NCBI GenBank assembly: GCA_963804165.1
Contig: CAWDPO010000017.1
Span: 256,001-320,000, forward strand
Origin: an uncultured delta proteobacterium
GTDB taxonomy: Bacteria; Desulfobacterota; Binatia; UBA9968
Direction: 5' to 3'
DNA length: 64,000 nt
The notes under the pieces were generated by a model. It worked only from the letters and a program-made list of their open reading frames with translations, ran no database searches and was not told the origin of the DNA. Below, piece after piece: positions 56,332-64,000 of the stretch; positions within the stretch are counted from its first letter, which is position 1; each line of letters begins with the position of its first letter. The translations under genes were made by a program, and so were the position numbers.

Positions 56332-57999
56332 TCAATGGGTTATGCACAAATGCTGGCGGCGTACTTTACCGGGGAAGACCTCGTTGCATTGACCCTCCTC
56401 GACGACCGTCGCGCCATTGACGATGACGGCTTTCATTCCGGGCGGATGACGCCTGACTTCCTGAGCGTCGACCGTGGCCGGCAGCTTCTGGCTTACCAGG
56501 TCATCGATCTTGTCGGCATCAAATACCGTCACGTCGGCCGGCATTCCTTCTTTGAGCACGCCGCGGTTGAGGCGCAATTTCTTGGCCGGGAATCCGGTCA
56601 GCTTATGCACCGCTTCCTCGAGGCTGAACAGATTCTTTTCGCGGCGCCAGTAGCCGAGGATTTTCGTCGGCGCGCCATGCCAGAAGAAGCGATCGAGATG
56701 CGCGCCAACGTCGGTGCCGATGAGGCTGGTGTCGGATTTGATCATTTCCGCCAGCAGCTCGGGATGGGCGTTGGCGAGGCCGTGGTAACAGATCCGCGAG
56801 CTGAGATTATCTTCGAGCCAGGTATCGAAGAACGCGTCCACCGGAGCTTTTTCCGTGAGACGCGCGATCTCTTCGACGTTCTTCAACTCCAACTTCTTTA
56901 ATTCAGGTTTATCGAGATGCTCGAACACGACGCGGTCCCAGCCATGCCATTCAGGAAATTCCAACTTGCCTTCGCACGCGATGCGCTCTTGCTCGATCTT
57001 TCTGCGGATCTCCTTGTCCTGGAGCTTGCTGCGCACGTCGCTTGAGTTTTTGATCGCCTCCCACGTCGGCAGGCCGTTAAACAAGAAGCAATCATCGAAG
57101 TCAAAGCGCCGGATATGCTGGTAGGGGATGACGACGCCGTACAAATCCTGGCCGCGTTTCTGCGCTTCTTCCATGTACTGGATCGACTTCGTCCCCGCGG
57201 CCTTCGCGCCGGGTCGGACGCGGAACTCATTGCCGATCTGCAGGCCATGAATTTTCGTGAGCATCTCCGGCACGCCGGATTCCGGCTGGAGAATCATCTG
57301 AAAACCGTTGAATTGGAAACAGCCGTTGTATTCGTCGGTAACGTTGGCGAGCTCGATGATTTCATCATGCTCGGCGAACGTGCTCGGCGTGCCGGCGTGA
57401 ATCGCCGGTCCACCACGCGGGCTCGTGGAAAAGCCAATGGCGCCTAGTTCCATGCCCTCGCGCACCATTTTTTTCATGGTATCGAGCTCTTCAGGATTGG
57501 CGGCGCGCTGATAGGCGGCCTCGCCCATTACGGTCAAGCGCACGGGAGAGTGGGGCATGAGAGGGAGCACGTTAATGGCGACCTTGCCTTCGAGGTAATT
57601 CAAATATTCGCCGAAGGTATTCCAGCGCCAGTCTTTGTCGTCGACATATTTGTCGAGCACGCGGCGCAGATACTGCACCAGCACCTGGCGCGGCTCGGGC
57701 TTCGGTGGCACCGGCGCGCAGGACGCGCCGCAGTCGCCGATGACGATGCTGGTCACGCCGTAATTCACCACTGGATTGCCGTTCGGATATTGCACCACGA
57801 AGGCGTCCATGTGCGTATGCGAATCGATGAAGCCGGGGGCTACCACATGCCCTTTGGCGTCGATCTCTTTCTTGCCCGTTCCCACGTCTTTGCCGATAGC
57901 GGTAATCTTATCGCCGTCGATCGCGACGTCAGCCGCGAATCCGGGGCTGCCGGTGCCGTCGACGACCGTTCCATTCTTGATCACTACATCGTGAGCCAT
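56332..57999 (-). CDS. N-acyl-D-amino-acid deacylase family (amidohydrolase 3)
   Basis: IKNGTVVDGTG, APGFIDSHTHMD, GVT..V.GDCG, GAIGFSTS, LEEAVHKLT, ADVTVFD. Confidence 0.9.
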   Translation of the reverse strand: MAHDVVIKNGTVVDGTGSPGFAADVAIDGDKITAIGKDVGTGKKEIDAKGHVVAPGFIDSHTHMDAFVVQYPNGNPVVNYGVTSIVIGDCGASCAPVPPKPEPRQVLVQYLRRVLDKYVDDKDWRWNTFGEYLNYLEGKVAINVLPLMPHSPVRLTVMGEAAYQRAANPEELDTMKKMVREGMELGAIGFSTSPRGGPAIHAGTPSTFAEHDEIIELANVTDEYNGCFQFNGFQMILQPESGVPEMLTKIHGLQIGNEFRVRPGAKAAGTKSIQYMEEAQKRGQDLYGVVIPYQHIRRFDFDDCFLFNGLPTWEAIKNSSDVRSKLQDKEIRRKIEQERIACEGKLEFPEWHGWDRVVFEHLDKPELKKLELKNVEEIARLTEKAPVDAFFDTWLEDNLSSRICYHGLANAHPELLAEMIKSDTSLIGTDVGAHLDRFFWHGAPTKILGYWRREKNLFSLEEAVHKLTGFPAKKLRLNRGVLKEGMPADVTVFDADKIDDLVSQKLPATVDAQEVRRHPPGMKAVIVNGATVVEEGQCNEVFPGKVRRQHLCITH

Positions 58000-58279
58000 A
58001 ATTGGATCTCCTCCCTGTGGTCGGTCAATTTAAATTCTTATCCCACCGAAGGTGACTGGCTGTCAACTGCTCGGAAGCGGTTTTGGGTTGCGGATTTCGT
58101 GCTTCGAGTTTGTTGAAATCAGAACGGTGGAGGTTAATGCGTGGTTTCAGTCGAAGAAATGATTCGATTGCAGAGTAATCCGTAAGATGACGCGTCGCTG
58201 CGCCAGACTACCGCGGAGTAATGGATCTCGCGGCAAACCCGGGATGCAAGACCGGAAACTCGAAACCGCGCTTCGCGCG

Positions 58280-59779
58280 CTACACGGCGTCTTCCGGGCG
58301 CTCGTATTTGGCTTTGCCCATGCGCTCTTTGATCGTTGGATAGGCGACTGTGAAGATGGTCACCGCAATGAGCCCTATGACCGTCGGGAACATAAGCCAT
58401 TTGGCGCCGTAGGCGGCGGTGGAAATCCACAGATAATTTTCCGCGATCTTGCCGAGGGTAAGCCCCAGTATCAAAGGGGGCCGCGGCCAGCCGAACTTGA
58501 CCATGCAAAAACCTATAAAGCCGAACAGCAGCGTGGTGATGATGTCGTTAAGATCGTTATTCGCGGTAAATGAGCCGATGAAGACCAGAAACATCAAGAA
58601 GGGGATAAGCAAGGTACCGCGGATAAAGGTCAAGGCCGCGAGATGATTCAAAATCAAAAAGCATAGGGCGGCAACGATAAGGTTGGCGATGATCAACACC
58701 CAAACCATCGAAAACGTCACGTCGAGTCGCGACTTGAGCATTTCGGGACCGGGATTGAGGCCGACGATCAGCATCGCGCCCAGCAGCAATGCCATAGCGC
58801 CGCTGCCGGGAATACCGAAGGCGAGGGTTGGAATCAAGTCGCCGCCGCGGGTCGAATTGTTGGCGCAAGCGGGACCGAGCAACCCTTCGATTGCTCCTTT
58901 GCCGGCGCGAGATTTGTCTTTGAGTCCTTGCACGGCGTGGGCATAAGAAATCCATTGCGCCACATTGGCCCCGAGGACGGGCAGGACGCCGAAATAGACG
59001 CCGATCATGGCACAGCGAAAGACCAACCAGAAGTGGCGAAAGGTGTCTTTGATCCCCTCCATCACTCCGGTTATTTTGTCCGGTTTGTGGCTTGCGATGC
59101 TGGTGCCGCGAACCGACAAATCGACGATTTCGGGTATCGCGAACAGACCGACGACCACGGGGATGAGGTCGAGGCGATCCCACAGGTAAAGCGAGCCGAA
59201 AGTATAACGGAGAGACCCGGTTTGAGGATCGACGCCTATGGCGGCCAACATTAAACCGAGACCGCCGGCCAAAAGGCCCTTGATCAAGGACGCGCCGGCG
59301 AGCGTGCCGATAAAAGTTATGCCCATGATCGCTATGACAAACAGCTCCGGCGATCCGAAGAGGAGTACAAGCGGACGCATAATCGGTATCGATAGGGCCA
59401 ATGATAGAGCGCCGATGACCGAGCCTAAGACAGAGGCCGTGATCGCGGCGCCTAACGCGCGGCCGGCTTCGCCATTTTTCGTCATGGGATAGCCATCGAG
59501 TATCAAGGCGGCTGAGGACCCCTCCCCGGGGATCCCAAAAAGTATCGAGGTTAAATCGCCGGTTGTACTGGTGACGGCGAGCATGCCAAGGAGAAACGCA
59601 AACGCGGAAACCGGGTCTTTGATGTTATAAGAGAACGGCAACATCAGCGCCAAGGTCGAGAGGCCGCCGATGCCGGGAAGGAGGCCGACCCAAAAGCCGA
59701 TGGCGATGCCGAGGAGCATGTATCCGAAGGCTGGCCACGCCAGTACTTTCCAAAATCCTATGATAAAAGCTTCTAACAT
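58280..59779 (-). CDS. tctA: Tripartite tricarboxylate transporter permease TctA
   Basis: GLLPGIGG, SILFGIPG, DGYPM..GEAGRAL, ANNS..GG.LIPTLAFGIPGS, PPLILG. Confidence 0.92.
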   Translation of the reverse strand: MLEAFIIGFWKVLAWPAFGYMLLGIAIGFWVGLLPGIGGLSTLALMLPFSYNIKDPVSAFAFLLGMLAVTSTTGDLTSILFGIPGEGSSAALILDGYPMTKNGEAGRALGAAITASVLGSVIGALSLALSIPIMRPLVLLFGSPELFVIAIMGITFIGTLAGASLIKGLLAGGLGLMLAAIGVDPQTGSLRYTFGSLYLWDRLDLIPVVVGLFAIPEIVDLSVRGTSIASHKPDKITGVMEGIKDTFRHFWLVFRCAMIGVYFGVLPVLGANVAQWISYAHAVQGLKDKSRAGKGAIEGLLGPACANNSTRGGDLIPTLAFGIPGSGAMALLLGAMLIVGLNPGPEMLKSRLDVTFSMVWVLIIANLIVAALCFLILNHLAALTFIRGTLLIPFLMFLVFIGSFTANNDLNDIITTLLFGFIGFCMVKFGWPRPPLILGLTLGKIAENYLWISTAAYGAKWLMFPTVIGLIAVTIFTVAYPTIKERMGKAKYERPEDAV

Positions 59780-59894
59780 TGGATGCTCCTACCGCCTGTG
59801 AATTTAGCGGCTCATGCTCATTATCGCATCTTGCGTTGAGGGTCAACTGAATTAACCGGTAAATTTGCATTTCTACCGGTTTCTTTTGAGCCAG

Positions 59895-60989
59895 TCACTG
59901 ACTCAAGATTCTTTTCAGGGCGGCGCTAATATCGGGTGGTTGGTTGACGACTTCCTTCGCTAACGCTGCCAACTCCTCACCGTTGACCGGCCGCGGTTCC
60001 CAGCCTTTTTTTGCAACATCTTCCTGGAACTCGGGATCGGAAAATATCTTCCAATAGGCTTCGCGCAGCAGTTTGACCCGCTCGGGCGGTAGTCCCGGCG
60101 TGGCCACGATAGGCATCGAGCCAAAACCCCACAAGCCCAAGTAAGTGTTCACCAAGCGGCGCTTGGCGTCGGCGATTTTGTATTGGTCCATCAGTTCGAA
60201 GATGGTTGGCACATCGGGGATTTTCGGATGGCGCTGCTTCTCAGTGTGCAGCCAGATGCGCACAAAGCCTTTCTTATGCCAGGAGATGAATGGTTCGCGG
60301 GCAAAAAAACCGTCGATGGTGATGGCGCGGCAGTTTACCTCGCCCCTTTCCATCGCCAAGTCTTGATCGGCGCCACCCGGATAGCCGCTGATCACTTTAA
60401 ATTTCATGCCCAAGGATTCTTCGAGCAGCCGGGGAATGTCATAACCGGTGCTGCCCACGCCAGTCGCCGAACAGCGCGGCGGATCGTTGGACTGGCGCAA
60501 CTGATCCAAGCTTTTTTGCGGCGCGTCGCTGCGCATGAAGAGCAGATGGCCGGCGCGATAAGGTGTGCCGATCCAGGAATATTTGGGCCAGTCGAATTGC
60601 ACTTCCTTGCGCCCGGTCAACTGCGCCATGATGAGCGCGCCGCCAAAGGAGCCCAGGCTAAGTCCATCCGGTTTGGTCATGTTGTAAACGTGATTGGCGG
60701 CGATCATCGAGCCGGCCCCGGGCATGTTTTGAATGATGAAGTTGGGATTGCCCGGAAGATACTTGCCCATGAAGCGCCCGTAGGTGCGCGCGTATTGGTC
60801 ATGGTTATCGCCCGGTTGGTAGCCGACGATGACGCGGATGGTTTTACCTTGGTAGAAAGGCGTCTGGGCAGACGCCCGTTCAATGTTCAAGGGGTTCAAA
60901 AGTTCAAGGACGGAAAGACCGAGAAGTCCGAACAGCTTGAACGTTGGAACCCATGGACTCGTGAACATATTGTTAAGCCGGTATGTCAC
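59895..60989 (-). CDS. tctC: TctC/Bug substrate-binding protein
   Basis: FYQGKTIRVIVG, LPGNP, NMPGAGS, KPDGL; start may be ATG 60968. Confidence 0.88.
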   Translation of the reverse strand: MTYRLNNMFTSPWVPTFKLFGLLGLSVLELLNPLNIERASAQTPFYQGKTIRVIVGYQPGDNHDQYARTYGRFMGKYLPGNPNFIIQNMPGAGSMIAANHVYNMTKPDGLSLGSFGGALIMAQLTGRKEVQFDWPKYSWIGTPYRAGHLLFMRSDAPQKSLDQLRQSNDPPRCSATGVGSTGYDIPRLLEESLGMKFKVISGYPGGADQDLAMERGEVNCRAITIDGFFAREPFISWHKKGFVRIWLHTEKQRHPKIPDVPTIFELMDQYKIADAKRRLVNTYLGLWGFGSMPIVATPGLPPERVKLLREAYWKIFSDPEFQEDVAKKGWEPRPVNGEELAALAKEVVNQPPDISAALKRILSQ

Positions 60990-61010
60990 GGGGCCTCCCC
61001 TTTAACTGGA

Positions 61011-62099
61011 TCACTTTGCCAGCAACTTTTTCAACGACTCCGTGATTTCCGGCGGTTGATTGACGACGTCCCTTGCGAGCGTCTGCAACTCTTCGCCACC
61101 GATGAACTCGACTTCCCATTTGCGCTTCTTCAACTCTTCTTGAAACTCCGGATCCTTGAACATCTTGGCAAACGCATCGCGCAGAATTTGCGTTCGATCC
61201 GCCGGCGTGCCGGGGGTCGCTACGATCGGTCGGGAGCCGAATCCCCAGATGCCGAGATAGGTATTGACCAAGCGCCGCTTGGAATCGGACACTTTGTATT
61301 GGTCCATCAATTCGAAGACCGTCGGCACGTCGGGCAGCTTGGGATGGCGCTGGCGTTCCGTTTGCAGCCACACTCGAACGAAGTTTTTCTTCACCCAGGT
61401 TGGGAAGGGCTCTCGTTGGAAAAATGATTCGATGATAAACGCACGGCAATGAACCTCGCCGCGCTCCAAAGCGAGATCTTGATCGGCGCCGCCGGGGTAG
61501 CCGCTGATGACGCGGAACTTGAAACCCAACGCTTCTTCGAGCAGCTTCGGCAAATCGTAACCAGTGCTGCCGACGCCGGTTGCCGAACATTTCGGCGGAT
61601 CGTTGGTTTGGCGCAGATCTTCAAAAGTTTTGTACGGCGCGTCGGTGCGCATGTATAAAAGATGGCCGCCGCGGTCGGGAGTCATGATCCAGGCATATTT
61701 CGGCCAGTCGAACTGGACTTCCTTGCGCCCCGTCAACTGCGCCATGAACAGCGCTCCGCCGATGGAGCCTAGCGTCAAGCCGTCCGGCTTGGTCAAGTTG
61801 AAGACGTGGTTGGCGGCGATCATCGAGCCGGCGCCAGGCATGTTTTGCACGACGAAATCGGGATTGCCGGGAATATGCTTGCCGAGAAAGCGTATGTAGG
61901 TTCGCGCCCACAAATCATGACTGTCGCCGGGCTGGTAGCCGACGACGATGCGAATGGTCTTGCCCTGATAGAAATTTGCTTGCGCAAAGGCTTGTTCAAG
62001 GTTCAAAGGGTTCAACAGTTCAACGACGAACAAAAGAAACAGGCTTAATCCGTTGAACGTTTGAACGTTTGAACGGTTGAACCAATGCGTTGAAATCAT
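61011..62099 (-). CDS. tctC: TctC/Bug substrate-binding protein
   Basis: Start MISTHW after GAAGGTGAGG RBS; FYQGKTIRIVVG, HIPGNP, NMPGAGS. Confidence 0.88.
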   Translation of the reverse strand: MISTHWFNRSNVQTFNGLSLFLLFVVELLNPLNLEQAFAQANFYQGKTIRIVVGYQPGDSHDLWARTYIRFLGKHIPGNPDFVVQNMPGAGSMIAANHVFNLTKPDGLTLGSIGGALFMAQLTGRKEVQFDWPKYAWIMTPDRGGHLLYMRTDAPYKTFEDLRQTNDPPKCSATGVGSTGYDLPKLLEEALGFKFRVISGYPGGADQDLALERGEVHCRAFIIESFFQREPFPTWVKKNFVRVWLQTERQRHPKLPDVPTVFELMDQYKVSDSKRRLVNTYLGIWGFGSRPIVATPGTPADRTQILRDAFAKMFKDPEFQEELKKRKWEVEFIGGEELQTLARDVVNQPPEITESLKKLLAK

Positions 62100-62119
62100 A
62101 CTACGCCTCACCTTCAAAA

Positions 62120-63202
62120 CTATTTCGCCAACAATTTTTTTAGCCACTCGACCACTTCCGGCGGTTGATCGATGACTTCCTTCGCAAGCGCCTGGAGGTC
62201 TTCGCCGCTGGTCGGCCGGATCTCCCAGCCGCTTTTTTTCGCTTCGGCAAGGAAGTCGGGATCCTTCATAGTCTTGGCAAAGGCATCGCGCAGGATCCTT
62301 ACACGATCCGCGGGGATGCCCGGAGTCGCCAGGATCGGCCAGGCACCAAAGCCGCCGACACCCAGATAGACAAGCATTTGGCGGCGCTTGATCTCCGGCG
62401 TTTTGTATTGGTCCATCAATTCGAAAAGTGTCGGGACCTCGGGAATCCTGGGATTACGCTGCCGCGAGGTTTGCAGCATGATGCGGACGAAGCCGGTCTT
62501 GTGCCAAGTGACAAAGGGTTCGCGGGCGAAAAACGCCGCAATGGTAATAGCGCGGCATAGCGCCTCGCCTCTTTCGATCGCCAGATCCATTTCGGCGCCG
62601 CCGGGGTAACCGGTGATCAGGCGGAATTTCAAGCCGACCATCTCTTCAAGCAACTTGGGCACGTCGTGGCCGCTGGTGCCGACGCCGGTGGCGCTGCAGC
62701 GCGGCGGCTCTTTGGCGCTGCGGATGTCGTCGAGCGTCTTATAGGGGGAGTCCGAGCGCATGAATAACAAATGGCCGTTGCGCTCCGGCGCGCCGATAAA
62801 GTTAAACTTCGTCCAATCGAATTTGGCTTCTTTGCTGCCGACGAGCTGCGCATAGTAAAGGGCGGGAGAGGGGGAGCCTAGGGTCAAGCCGTCGGGCTTG
62901 GCGACGTTGTACACGTGATTGGCCGCGATCATGCCGCCCGCGCCCGGCATATTCTGCACCAAGATCGCCGGATTGCCGGGAATGTGTTTACCCATACTGC
63001 GCGAATAGGCGCGCGCGAAGAGATCGTGAGTGTCGCCGGGCAAGTTGCCGACGATAATGCGCACGGTCTTGCCCTGGTAGAAATTCGCTTGCGCGAATGC
63101 CCGTTCAACGTTCAAAGGGTTCAATAGTTCAACGACGGAGAAAATCAAGAGTCCGACAACCTTGAACGCTTGAACCTTTGAACTTTTGAACGAGTTCGTC
63201 AT
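62120..63202 (-). CDS. tctC: TctC/Bug substrate-binding protein
   Basis: FYQGKTVRIIVG, HIPGNP, NMPGAGG, AKPDGLTL. Confidence 0.88.
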   Translation of the reverse strand: MTNSFKSSKVQAFKVVGLLIFSVVELLNPLNVERAFAQANFYQGKTVRIIVGNLPGDTHDLFARAYSRSMGKHIPGNPAILVQNMPGAGGMIAANHVYNVAKPDGLTLGSPSPALYYAQLVGSKEAKFDWTKFNFIGAPERNGHLLFMRSDSPYKTLDDIRSAKEPPRCSATGVGTSGHDVPKLLEEMVGLKFRLITGYPGGAEMDLAIERGEALCRAITIAAFFAREPFVTWHKTGFVRIMLQTSRQRNPRIPEVPTLFELMDQYKTPEIKRRQMLVYLGVGGFGAWPILATPGIPADRVRILRDAFAKTMKDPDFLAEAKKSGWEIRPTSGEDLQALAKEVIDQPPEVVEWLKKLLAK

Positions 63203-63223
63203 TTGACCCTTCCGCCGCGGCCG

Positions 63224-64000
63224 TTACATACCCAACACCTTTTTCATCCGTTCGACAACCTCAGGCGGTGTAGCCATGGCTTCTTTGACCAACGTTTCGA
63301 TTTCATCCCAATGCGATGGATAGATCTCGAGCTTGCGCCGTTCCGCCTCCGCCAAAAACGCCGGGTCGCCAACTGACTTGTCGAACGCGTCGCGCAGGAT
63401 CTTTAGCCGGTCGGCCGGCACTCCCGGCGGCGCAATGATTGGCCGTCCCAAATCGCTGGCAATCAAGATAACTTTGGCGAGGCTTCGCACCGGATCGGGC
63501 GTTTTGTAGCGGTCCATAATCTCATAGATCGTCGGCACATCTTTGAGGCGCGCGTCGCGCTTGCTGCCGGTTTGATAAAGCACGCGCACGAAGTTTTTCT
63601 TGCGCCAGGAGAAAAAAGGCTCGCGGGAATGAAAGGTAGTTATGGTGAATGATCGGCAGACCACCTCGCCCCTTTCAACCGCGAGCTCGATATCCTGTCC
63701 GGCTTGATAGCCGGCGACGATGTCGAATTTGGCGCCAATGGCTTCTTCCAGGAGCTTGGGAATGTAATAGCCCGTCGAGGCAATGCCGCTGGCGCCGCAT
63801 TTTGGCGGATGAGTTGCGGCGCGCACGTCGTCGATGGTTTTGTAGGGTGCGTCTGCGCGCATGTACATCATATGGTTCGAACTCACCGGACTCCCAAACT
63901 TATTCTAGTCATACTTGACCTCCGGTCGTTTCACGAGTTGGTCCAAGTAAAGCGCGGGATAGATCGCTCCAAGGGTCAAGCCGTCAGGCTTGGCAATGGT
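63224..64000 (-). pseudogene. tctC: TctC/Bug protein (5' end outside window) with in-frame TAG at 63905-63907
   Basis: AKPDGLTLGAIYPALY...PEVKYD*NKFGSPVSSNH; TAG replaces the conserved Trp and about 3 codons (WIG-like) are missing. Confidence 0.7.

Noticed and set aside
60183-61427. Long antisense ORFs (414 aa here; also 5060-5965, 9281-10069) and the alternate-frame ORF 28906-29799
   Set aside because: Shadow ORFs overlapping well-supported genes in GC-rich DNA, with no recognisable motifs.
63905-63907. In-frame TAG as pyrrolysine or readthrough
   Set aside because: It replaces a conserved Trp (TGG to TAG) next to a small deletion and there are no pyl genes; mutation or error is simpler.
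1-64000. tRNA, rRNA or riboswitch
   Set aside because: No cloverleaf or conserved rRNA/riboswitch motifs recognised by eye; an Infernal/Rfam scan would be needed to exclude them fully.

Overview
Moderately GC-rich bacterial chromosomal window. The extreme paralog expansion of Amidohydro_2 enzymes, NMT1/SsuA-type and TctC-type binding proteins suggests Candidatus Binatia (Binatota), which is an inference. It is mostly a catabolic/uptake patchwork: about 10 NMT1/THI5/SsuA-like substrate-binding proteins with no cognate permease or ATPase, 7 Amidohydro_2 enzymes, 5 stand-alone Zn-dependent MetE-C-terminal-like proteins, 5 TctC proteins plus one TctA, a solo molybdopterin oxidoreductase large subunit, LLM and FAD monooxygenases, an intact IS630 element, a RelE/ParE toxin-antitoxin pair and a short housekeeping block (rlmD-like, DUF309, ABC exporter, pal, VanZ, NAD-IDH). 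No rRNA, tRNA or CRISPR array was seen. Intergenic DNA holds several families of short palindromic or tandem repeat elements, some demonstrably nested inside each other. The most unusual observation is that a GTTCAA/TTGAAC palindromic element, otherwise found right after stop codons, encodes the signal peptides of three tandem tctC genes. Many single-base frameshifts, densest at 37-44 kb, look like long-read indel errors.
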